Source: Amoebophrya sp. A120
Lineage: Eukaryota > Protista > Dinoflagellata
NCBI GenBank assembly: GCA_905178155.1
Contig: CAJINV010000003.1
Location: forward strand, 3,777,600-3,841,599
Length of the DNA stretch: 64,000 nucleotides
Direction of reading: 5' to 3'
Shown here: positions 1-10,563 of the stretch, piece by piece
Position numbering within the stretch: position 1 is the stretch's first letter
Layout of the letters: each line of letters opens with the position of its first letter
Translations under genes and position numbers: made by a program
The notes under the pieces: model-generated
What the model was told of the DNA's origin: nothing
The model's input: the letters and a program-made list of their open reading frames with translations, nothing else
Databases searched by the model: none

Positions 1-435
1 GAAGCAGCAGGTCCACAAGGGAGAGGGAGGCCTGCAGAGCGATCTGAGAGACCAAAGGAAGGACGACCCGCAAAGAAACAAAAACAAGGCTGATGATACC
101 CTTTTGTCACAGACGGATACTAGTAATCAAATCCGTTTTTTTTCACCCGCACACGTGAAGATGAGTAAAAATGTAAAAGCGAAACAGAAATAAAAACGCA
201 CTCGAGCTGCAAAGTGGCTGTCCCATAACAGCTCCTACCGGAAGCTGCTTCGGTTGATCCGTGATGGTGTTCAGCTTCTCCGTAGTTTTGTTTTAGTTGT
301 CCGTCGTGAATTTACGACGAAGACAAACCGCGCCATCTCAAGTACAAATGTTGTCTGTACCAGATATCGAGCTCGTCACAATGTGGAGCCCTCGTATGTA
401 GAGGCGATTTTGTTTTGATCTTCGATCGAGGAATC

Positions 436-3400
436 ATGTCAACTATTCCGGGAGACGGACGGCAGCATCAGCATGATCTTGCAGGCGACCCTCCAACTCA
501 CATCTCTGCTTTCAGCCTGGTTGTGCTGTTCGCGCTGTGGGTGTTTGCGCACGCATGGGGTTGCTTATTCCGTTACGTGATGAAGACACCCCCACTGCTG
601 GGCTACCTCCTGGGGGGTATTTGTTTCCGCAACGTGGGCGGTGCCGCACTGCATTTCGCACAGGCGAAGGTGAGGCAGTCACTAATACATGACAACAGCA
701 GGACAACGACCAAACCTGGCGGCCCCCCAGCGGCCGGAGATGCGGAACAAGCGAGCCAAAACCTCACTTTGATTCCCGCAGATATTTCGTCCCTCGTGCG
801 CACGCTCGGGCTCGCCACTATTCTCATGATTGCGGGATGCGAGATCGACTACCAGAAAATCCGGCGGATGGGCGGCATGTGTCTGCGGCTGACCGTGCTT
901 CCCGGCGTGAGCGAGGCCTTTGCCGTGGCTCTCGTATCCATGTATGTGTTTGGGTTTTCCCTCGCCTGGGGCCTCGTGCTGGGCTTTATCCTGGGCGCCG
1001 TGTCCCCTGCCGTGGTGTGCGGCGGTATGTTTGCGCTGCAAAAGCGCGGGTACGGTGTCGCGAAGGCGATTCCCTCTCTGGTCGTGTGCGCCGTATCAAA
1101 TGCAAAAATTTCTGGGTCTGGAAGATTGCGAGATTTGTTATGCTGATCTGGCATGGCTCTTGAATCTGTATTGCGTGGCCACAAACAACCTCTCTCGCCT
1201 GTCATGCAAAAACGCAGTTTCTCATGCGGAATACGCAGCACCGAAGCACGAAGCAACTTGTCATGCTTGGCGGCGCATTACAGTGCATTTGTATATTGAC
1301 TGACTTGCATCACAAGTTTCCAGACCCAGACATTTTTGCATTTCATACGCCGCGAGCTTGGACGACGTGGTTGCCATTTATCAAATGCAAAAATGTCTGG
1401 GTCTGCAAGAATGCAACTTGTGATGCTGCATTTGGATGTCTAAAAGATTTGTGTTGCATGAGCAGCAAAAGGAGTCTCACTTTTGCTACGCGGACAGGGC
1501 ATTTGTCATGCGGAATAGGCATCAAGAATCCCTGAAAAAACCTGTGATGCTAGGGCATGCATCACAGACATCATGGCTCATGCAAACCGTGCGTGGCATG
1601 TCTCAAAGTCAAAACCCTCCAGACCCAGACATTTTTGCATTTTATACCATTTCCGGGTTCACCACCTCGCTCGGCGTCGCCATGAGTGACATCATGCCCG
1701 CGGACGAGAGAAACCTTTTGCGGACCCTGCTGGGGCTGCCGCACGTACCTGCGCATCCCAGTTCGCACTTCTACGCGATGCTGCACGGGCCAACCAATTT
1801 GCTGCTCGGCGCGGTGCTGGGCGTCACTTTAGGTGCGGCGTTCGCGAAGCTTTGCCAAACGGACGCAGCGACGGCATCTTCATCATCATCCCGAGGGGGT
1901 CATGCAACCTCTAGTTCAACTAGCTCCTTTTGGGGTAGCGGTTCTTTCTTCGGCCGCAAGCTCCTGGCTGCCCACGCGCTCGCCCGCCGAAACGAACTGC
2001 TGCAGTCGTCTTCGTCCCGGGGACGGCGGGGCAGGAAAAAGCTGTTGCCGAATATGGTGGGGAAACTAATTTCTAATCAAAGCGACAGCTACGATCAGGG
2101 CTCTGTGTTCGGTGGTGGCCTCGGGGATGACTTGCGTCGGAGCAAGACGCCCGTGGAGCAGCTGGCGCTTGGATCAGCACGGGAGTCACGGCAAAAGATG
2201 CGCTTCATTCCGACTGCTTCTAGCCCCGCAACATCTCCAACCGGAATGGAAACGCAGCTGCCCGGAAGTGGTCGTGGTGCCGCAGAGGACCCAAACAGCC
2301 TGGAAGAGAGCAGTAGAATAACGACCGAGGTTGTAAATAATCCTACGAAGCCTGAAAATTTTCTCTCCGCTATGGTATTCGCCACTGGGTGCGGCGTTGC
2401 GATGCTCGCAGTCCACTTCCAGTACTCGGGCGCGGGGTTTCTCGCTTGTCTGTTTTTCACCTGTGCGTTTTCGCAGCTGTCGAGGCCAAAAAGTGCAACT
2501 TTGCACGGCACAACAAGTTCTAAAACCCCAGTCGGTACTAGTACAGGCGATTTTCCAGACGACGGAGCAGAGGCAACGGACCGGCACGACGAAGGAGCAA
2601 CGGGCGCTTATAGTGATTCCGGAGCGGACAGCGACGACAACAGAATAGCCATGCCCAGTCAATCGCCGACTGACGGGGGCAGCGGGACGAAAAGAGTCAT
2701 GTCGTTTGAGCTAGAAGACATCTCGCTTGCGGCGCCGAGTGCGGCGAGCGATGAGGCGAGCCACTCACTCGACTTGGATCTTCGCACAAGTAGTCCAAAG
2801 GGCGCCGCAAGAGGGGGATTTGGAACAGAAGAGAAAGACCTCCGGGTTGTACTAGGTGATACAACTGCAGTCCCCTCGAGGCAGGGCGAGGACCACTCCG
2901 TTTTCGACGTGATGGGCGCATCTCACGCCGCCGAGGACGCGGATGCGGATTTTTCGGTGCGCGAGTTGATGTTGGCCGCTGGCGCGCAGGACTACACGCC
3001 GGTCACGGCGGTGTGCCACAACCTCAGCCGGATATGGGACTGGTTCGCCGAGCCGCTGCTTTTTGGCGTGATTGGTACGGTTGTGGACGTGCGAAAGCTC
3101 CACTTTCCCACCCTTCCGAAGGCGACCTTTCTCGTCCTGTGCTGCGTGTTTTTCGTGCGCGTTCCCGCCGCCGTGTTCGCGACGAGCTTCGGCAACCTGA
3201 GCTGGCGGGAGCGGATTTTTATCGGCCTCGCGTGGATGCCGAAAGCCACGGTGCAAGCAGCCTTGGGAAGCGTTCCGCTCGATAGGCTCCATAAGATTTT
3301 GGAAACGGAACGGAGTCAAGGCGGCGGAAAGAATAGCTCTACTCCCGAGGTGGAGATGAAGGTCTTGCAGGAGTGGGGCGAAGTGATCGTGACGACCGCG

Positions 3401-3604
3401 GTCTTGTCCATTCTTCTGACGGCGCCAATAGGTCTGCTGGTCGTTTCAAAGCTCGGACCCATCATGCTCACGCGGGACGGCGATCCGTCTGCGAGTAGAA
3501 GAACATCTGGCGCCGATCATGGGGCTGTCGAGCTATCATACGCTGACAACGTCGAAGTAGATGCGACGGCCGCCTCGAGTAGCGACGCAATAGCGCGGGA
3601 GTAA
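436..3604 (+). CDS. NHA2: Na+/H+ antiporter, NHA2/SLC9B-like; exons 436-1093, 1353-1378, 1652-3604 (878 aa after removing two TIR elements)
   Basis: Motifs LGFILGAVSPAVV, EPLLFGVIG, AWMPKATVQAALG, AVLSILLTAPIG. Removing each insertion plus one TSD copy rebuilds VVCAASLDDVVAISGF, the NHA di-aspartate motif, in frame. Confidence 0.9.
1094..1347 (+). mobile_element. TIR introner, family A copy 1 (non-canonical intron)
   Basis: TATCAAATGCAAAAATTTCTGGGTCTGGAA ... TTCCAGACCCAGACATTTTTGCATTTCATA; 5-bp direct repeat CGCCG at 1089-1093 and 1348-1352. Confidence 0.93.
1379..1646 (+). mobile_element. TIR introner, family A copy 2
   Basis: TATCAAATGCAAAAATGTCTGGGTCTG ... CAGACCCAGACATTTTTGCATTTTATA; TSD CCATT at 1374-1378 and 1647-1651; contains an in-frame stop near 1421. 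Confidence 0.93.
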
Positions 3605-4131
3605 AAGCAATTTTGCAAAAATACGCTGTGCATCTTCGGATCAAAGTCCTTTTGTTTTCGTCGCCCTCGCGTCATGTCAAGGATCGCTGTGTTTTCCAAT
3701 TTCGATCTACAAGGCAGAGAGACGGTTCGGAATAGCACTCATGCTTACGACGTTGGAGATTGCACCGAGCGATATTAACAAGGAGAGGCTATCTGGCATT
3801 CAGTACTTAGCTTATATATTTCAAAGAAGTTCTCTACTAGTCATGAAACAAAAATACTTTCTCGCGCGTTTCGTTGCTTCGTCGTGAATTTCGCGGTCGC
3901 TTTCGAAGTTTTTTCATTTTTCCAAAATCGATGACCGTTTATTTTAGAAACGAAAAAATGTAACAACGTTAGTTGTACCTAAGTCCCGTATAATTGAAGC
4001 CCAACGCGCTGGTGCTCGATAAAACGCCATGCCCGCATCTTCGTAAGGGCGTTTAGTTTCTACCTGTTGCGCCGTTTTCCGTGCCGGATACAACTGCCGT
4101 AGTAGTTTCGAAAGCGCAGGGTGGAGTAGAG

Positions 4132-7100
4132 ATGGATTTCGACTATGCACTGCAAATATGTCTGGGTCTGGAAAGTTGGAATGTTAAAAAGGAATGGCAG
4201 ACGCACTGCAATACGCAGCTATGCATGACAAATTTTTTGGCTGCCATGTGTTACGTATCACGCATGGCACACTGCGTTCTTGCGTGACAGGTAAGAGTCC
4301 CTTTGCGTGCCTATGCAACACAGACTCTCGAGTCATGCCAGACAAGCATGACAAAACTGCACTCTTTCAGACCCAGACATATTTGCATTTGATATCGACT
4401 TTTCGCGCACGATGGACTCGACCTTCGAGTCGTCGGTCTGGAGCGAGCTGCCGTATCCTGAGTAAAAACGTCCCCACCCCATAGTTGTCATGCAGATTTG
4501 CGACTACAGGAAGATTTGTATATGCGCATCTCCATGAGAGGCATTTCCAATCGCGTTTTGGGATTTGTAATGCTGTGAACGGGATGAGCAGATGGATTTG
4601 TGATGCGGCTGCACTTGCTAAACTGCACCACACTAAGGACTGGAATTTGTCATGCGTTGCTCCCAAAGCTTCTGGGTTTCTGTTGCTACGTTCCCAACTT
4701 GACTATGGGGTGGGAGCGGTTTTACATATGATATGCCGCCGATTGACCTCAAGATGCGGGGTTGGCACCTCTCCGACGATCCTGCTTGGGGGACGAGTAG
4801 GAACGAGGCCATGCGAAAAACCGCGATTAAGCCTTCCGTATTCCAACAAGTGGCACAGGTACTTATGTTTAAACTAAAGGTTGTTAGATCGAAGACGTTT
4901 GTGCGTCGATCTTCGGAAAGAAAAAGAGTCCTCAACAGGGATGGAGAGCCTATGCTACAGTAAGTACATGAAAAAGACTTTGAAAATGAAAATCTTCTTT
5001 CCGATCAACTCTAAAATCAGTCTTCTTCCTCGACGAGACGGGGGTCGCGCTCGCCACCGGGAGGTCGACAGAAGTCCCCGGATTTTGTGGACACCAGCAA
5101 GGAAGCCTCCGTAAAGTACGACAATCTAATGGCCGCGGACATGGTAGACGACCCCTCTAGCTTGCGGCGATACCAGCTCATACCTGATCCGACCCGGAAG
5201 CGGCGCTTTCCGCCGAAATCGCCAAAGCACCGGACTCCCAGGTTCGTCGTCTTTGGAAAACCAGTTCTTGCGCGGATTTCTTTTCTTTGACAGTGTGGAA
5301 CATGAAAGTGAAACTACAGTAGCTCCTGGCACACTTCGAGACAAAAAAAAAACTGCCATCAACCGCATAATATTACAGTGACTTCCTGAACTACAAGAAG
5401 TTTCAGGACACGCTGCGCCGCAACAACCGAAGCACGCAGCTCACTGACACGAGCGTGGATTCGGTGTTTTCCACTTCGCCTGGCCCCCTCGTGGAGGAGC
5501 GCGCCTACACGATTCACCCGGCGGATACGTATCCCGGCGAGGTTCACGGGAGCGGAGGGCGGAAGTCGTTGCAACGGAAAAAAACCTTATGGATTGCAAA
5601 TATGTCTCGGTCTGGAAACTTGTATTGCTAAAAGCGAATGATAGACGCACTGCAATACGCAGCTATGCATGACAAACTTTCTGGCTACCATGCCTTACGT
5701 ATTCCGCATGGCACGCTGCGTTTTTGCATGACAGGCAAGAGGGCCTTTTCGTGCCTATGCAACACAGATTCTCGAGTCATGCCAGACAAGCATGACAAAC
5801 TTGCACTCTTCCAGACCCAGAAACTTTTGCATTTGATAAACCTTTGCCAGCTACAACACCGACTTGCAAGGCGAGGACGTTGGAAACCGAGGTACCGCTC
5901 TTGGTTTTTCGATCTTTTTCATGTTGAGCGTACTGCTTTTTCAACATCAGGGTTGTCGACACCACGCGCCTATCTACTTTCTCAGCTGCATTTTGGTTGC
6001 TTATTGGTTTAAAGTTAGTCTCGCATCATCATCACCCCTCTACATTTCAGACCCGCAGCGTATGCTTCCACCGAAGAAAAAATACGAGAAGGAACTTCTG
6101 TCCTCGACGGAGAGTAGTTACGTTGCACGTGCAAACGCGTCAGAGCGTCTCAAGCAATCGTATCGATACTTCTTTCTTATTTGAGTTTGTCAACATAAGG
6201 TACAAATACAAGACCACGAAACATGAAATGGAGTGTTATAGACTGAATACTTCTGTATAGTACCCGCATCCATTTGAGTCTCGTTTTGTAGTTGCCACGC
6301 TGACGTGCAACAGGTACGATCCGACACGCAAGCGGTCTCCGCGGGCGTCGCCGCTGGCGGGGCCAATCGACTATTCCAAGATCGTACGAAATATTCCGGA
6401 CGGCAAGCCGACGGTGGATGAGCAACAACAGATGATTGACCAAATGATTCGGGAAGCGGAGGAAGCGAACCGGCGCGCCAACGAGGACCCCCGAGCCGTC
6501 TCCAACGCGATGCCAGGTCCCCCGCCGGTGAAGCGAAAGCAGAAAACGCAGCAAGAGATTGTGCGGATGGGTATGTTCGGGAACGACAAGGCCGGCCGCG
6601 CGAAAGCGGAACGCCACGTGAAGGCCGCCGTGCTCGGGGAAAGTAAGCAGGGCTCATCGTCTGCGGCGTCCGCGAAGACGGGTGGGGGAGCCTCGTCTTC
6701 TTCCTCCGAGTCGAAAACCGTGACGCGTTCGCCCTCTGCAGTGCCCGTGACCACTACATCAAGTACTTCTAAATCGGAGAAGAAAATAGTAACCTCCGGA
6801 ACATCAGCTGCTTCCAGTGCAGCTGCCTCCGCACCGAAAAGCAAAAAAAGCGAACGCAAAAGCAGGAGAATAGCGGAGCCGGAAGATGTTTTGACCGTGA
6901 TATCCAGCGAGGTTGCCAGTGACGTCATGGCGGACGTGTTCGGCGCGGTGGAAACGGTGCTCAAGCCCGAGGAGCCCGAGCCCATGACTCGCAACCCTCT
7001 GATAGAATTGATAACCGGAAAACCTCCCCGAAGGCTTTCGAGGGGTGGCAGCGCGGGAATTTCGCAAACGGGCCGCGCGTGGACGCGTGGGCCACAAGGG

Positions 7101-10100
7101 GCCCGCCTTCCGTCTGGGGCAGTTTCTTTTTGAGAAACAACCTGCCAACATTCCGTCCAACAATAGGGGCAAGGCCCTTGCTTTCTGACTTCCGACAAAT
7201 CTTCATCGTTGAAAAGTGAGAAGCTACGGACTTCTCACTGCGTTTCCACTGGTCTTCTAGAAAAGGAGTGAAAAGTCAGCGACTTCTCGTTTCTGAAGCA
7301 TTTTCATTCTGGAAAAGTGAGAAATCAGTGATTCATTTGTCACTTCTGAAAAGTTTTCATGTTGAAAAGCGAGAAGTCGCTCCGCTGACTTCTGAAAAGT
7401 TTTCATTTGGGAAAAGTGAGAAATCAGTGATTTCTCACTCGGTTTCTCGAACAATCCGAGAAATGGAGTGGGAAAAATGTGATTTCTCACTTTGCAAGAC
7501 TCTCACTCTGGTCGGAGTCGCGTTGACTCTTCCCAGAGTGAGAATTTTTCAAAAGTGAGAAATCAGTGACTTCTCACTACTTTTCTCGAAGGTACCCGAG
7601 CGCCAAATTTCTTCGGGGCTCGGGTACCTTCGAGAAAAGTAGTGAGAAATCACTGATTTCTCACTTTTGAAAAATTCTCACTCTGGAGTCGGACTCCAAA
7701 AAGGTTTCCAGCCGTCAAGATTTCGCGAGAGTGAGAAATCACTGATTTCTCACTTCTTTTCTCTAAGCCTTTCGGGATGTGTAGGCGACTTCTCACTCCG
7801 AGTGAAAAAGCCAGTGAGCTTTAACTTGGTTTTTTGAATGTCTTCGGGAGGCAGCGCGAAAGCTCGCTGCGTGCGAAAAGTTAATGGAATGTCATTCCCC
7901 CACTTCTCCAGCCTATTCGTAAAATGTAGCCAATAGGAGCGGACTTTTTACTCCCTTCCTGAGGGGACCTCTGGGCGAGCCCGAAGTGCAAAGCCAGCGC
8001 GCTTTCGCTTTTGTTGTCAGCGCGCTCGCAAAGTCAGCCGGCTTTGATTGGGGGGGGATTTGTTTTGTGCCGTCGATCTTCGTGCTGCTGCAGAGGTTTG
8101 CGAAGCTTCAAAAGAACTACTAACTTACACTAGCGCGCCAAACTGATCGACTTGGCGCGGATTCTGTTTCTCGAAGGCGTCCGGAGAAATTTTCCGGCGA
8201 AAAGGAGGGGGCTTTTGCGAGTCATGGCGGACGTGTTCGGCGCGGTGGAAACGGTGCTCAAGCCCGAGGAGCCCGAGTCTGCGCCGACGTTGGAGGGCAT
8301 CAATGCGCTGCTGCCGCCCTCCGAGCGCTTCACCTTTGGAGGGTCAAGCTCGTCTTCAGCAGCTTCCTCTGATGAACTCGAGAACTACGAGCTGCAGCCA
8401 GAAGTGCAGCGACAGACAGGGAAGATCACCAGCCAAGTAGAAGGATCCGGTATAGTCCAGTCTTCAACAACAAAGCCGCTGCAAAAGAATCAGGTCGTGC
8501 CACTTCTGGCAGCTGACCCGCTCGACCCGTTGCAGGCGAGCAAAACGAGCACCGACTTGCCCACGATCGTGGCTATTTCCGAAGACGTGGAGTACTACCA
8601 GGAGGGGGATGACGGAGAACTAGAGGAAGAGAAACGCGAACTGCCCAAGTCCACCACCGAGCCCGGGCCCGGGCACTACAACGTGAAGCCGATGTGGAAC
8701 CAGGATGGCCCGACCTGGAGCATGGCGCCGTGCCCGGCCCGGGAGCTGCTCCGACAGGGGGCCACCAACTGGCTGCTGAAGCCCAGCTTCGACCTGGGCA
8801 ACCCGGGACCGGGCCAGTACGGCGACGTGGCGGGCAACAAGATCCCCTCGAAAGCGACCATCTACATGGGGATGAAGCCCGAGTTGTGGAAGCCGGAGGT
8901 GAACGACCCCCAGATTCCCACCTCCACGCACCTCTACAAACCCGGCGGCCCCTATTTCACCATCAAGGGCAAGTTACCGGCCATGAAGTCGTCCGTGACC
9001 TTCAGCTTTGAGTACCGCCCGGGGAAGGAGTTCTACGACAATAGCAAGGTAGCGTTCGATCATCGGGAGTTCTTGGATGAGTTCGGGTCCTACTACAGCC
9101 TGGATCTGTCGAAGGAAGCGAGCCGGTTCCTCTCGCCGGAGAAAACCCGCCGCAAGTTGACCGCCAGCGAAATGGAGCAGGTCCGGAAGATGGAGGCCCG
9201 GGCGCAAGAACGGGTCCGCCACCTGATGGAGGTGGATGTTGCGGGGGAGAGTGGATCAGCATCTCGGATGCTCGAGGCGGGTTCGTCCACCATGCCCGCC
9301 GGAGCCGCGAATTTGTCCATTGAGGGCACCGTGGGGAGTAGTTCTATCGCAACAGAACAAACCCTCAATAACCTGGCGTCCTCCGCGGAACTACTCCGTG
9401 GTACGAGCACGATGAATCCGGTCGGATTCAGCAAAAACGCAACTTCTTTGGAGGACGAAACGCGGGAGCCCGAGGCTTCGGCGACCACCTCAAGGGCGCT
9501 TTATGACACCTCGATCGACAGCCTGGAGTCCAACACGTCTTTGATGTTCCCACCCACGACACGCATAGACCAGCTTCGCAAGGAGCACTACATGAAGACG
9601 AGGTACTTGTTTGAAAGAACGACCCATTTATTGGGGACTCCAAGTTGCAGCTGTGTTGGGCAGACATAGTGCAACTTTTTTTTTTGCATAAATTACAGGC
9701 TTGAGAGTAGAGAGAGTGGATGAAGTTTCTGTTCCGATATTAAAGTAGAACAAATCGTGTACACAGTATAATTTATTTCTCTTTCCACCGACCTACGAAA
9801 AGGTATAAGCCTCCGTCGTACACGCAAATTGGGTTGACGGCCCGGAACCTCGACCGGTACTCCATCGCGGGGAACGACAAGCGCACAACCAGTTTCAACA
9901 CGCGGCCGACCAAAAAGCGGATGGACGCGGACCAGACCAACTGGTACGTGCAGAGCAGCGACTGCCTCATCTCCGCCGGCCTGCGGTACGCCCACCCGAA
10001 CAATTGGGTCGCGGACCCAAAGAAGGGCTTCACCCTCCTCGGCCGCGACGAGAAACCGTTTGCGCTCCCGACCGCGGGAAAAGAGGTGCCGCTGCGCGAC

Positions 10101-10190
10101 ATGGGAAAGTACAACAGCCGCACCACGAGAACGAAGTCCAACGGCTTCTCGTGGGGAGCCTCGTCGAGGTTCGGCGGCCTGTACTGCTAG
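4132..10190 (+). CDS. Multi-exon ODF3/STPG (SHIPPO PGPGxY-repeat)-like axonemal protein; possibly two genes split near 6200
   Basis: PGPGHY and PGPGQY motifs in the 8278-9602 exon; DPTRKR motif at ~5186 and ~6318; interrupted by four TIR elements and several GT-AG introns. The junction around 6160-6260 is unresolved. Confidence 0.55.
4144..4394 (-). mobile_element. TIR introner, family A copy 3 (reverse orientation relative to copy 1)
   Basis: TATGCACTGCAAATATGTCTGGGTCTGGAA ... CAGACCCAGACATATTTGCATTTGATA; TSD TCGAC at 4139-4143 and 4395-4399; removal gives MDFD|FSRTMDSTF in frame. Confidence 0.9.
4462..4725. mobile_element. TIR introner, family B
   Basis: GTAAAAACGTCCCCACCCCATAGT (4462-4485) is the imperfect inverted repeat of ACTATGGGGTGGGAGCGGTTTTAC (4702-4725); the reading frame resumes after it (PYP...DMPPIDLK). 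Confidence 0.8.
5588..5838 (-). mobile_element. TIR introner, family A copy 4 (reverse orientation)
   Basis: TATGGATTGCAAATATGTCTCGGTCTGGAA ... TTCCAGACCCAGAAACTTTTGCATTTGATA; TSD AACCT at 5583-5587 and 5839-5843; very similar to copy 3. Confidence 0.9.
6981..8227. mobile_element. 1.25 kb non-autonomous insertion with 13-bp TIR, flanked by a 57-bp exonic duplication
   Basis: CCATGACTCGCAA (6982-6994) / TTGCGAGTCATGG (8215-8227); 6924-6980 identical to 8221-8277. Confidence 0.85.
7533..7686. repeat. Long hairpin: 69-bp arms (1 mismatch) and 16-nt loop, within an array of AGTGAGAAATCA(G/C)TGATTTCTCACT palindromes
   Basis: 7533-7601 is the reverse complement of 7618-7686; 25-bp unit at 7415, 7554, 7641, 7730, with partial copies at ~7215 and ~7316. 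Confidence 0.95.
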
Positions 10191-10563
10191 AAGATGAACG
10201 GCGCAGGAGGACTAACTTCGCGCGGAATGGATGCTAAGATTAGGAAAGTGACAAAGGGGTCATCCGATATCTGAATATCACCGTATTTCGTTTAGTATTC
10301 AATTAATGAACAATGAGGATGAGCTGCTGAATAACCTCTTTAATGCAGAAAATGTCAATTATCGATGTAGATGTACTACTGCACTGTCGCCTATACTATT
10401 TCTGAACTGGTCAAAAGAATATCGAGCAACCGCTCGCTGCGCGATATTTCTGTCCTTGTACAAATACGAATGACGACAGAGCTGCGGAAAAGTGTAGCGG
10501 TGCCGCTTTTTTGCCCCTGTAGGATGGAGTGCGATTTCAACGTATCACGACAGACAGAAAAAA

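Noticed and set aside
1436-1651. ORF-track N-terminus of the 722-aa ORF
   Set aside because: Lies inside introner copy 2; the true protein starts at 436.
7210-7810. Repeated palindromes as a CRISPR array
   Set aside because: Irregular spacing, mirror symmetry, no unique spacers, no cas genes, eukaryotic context.
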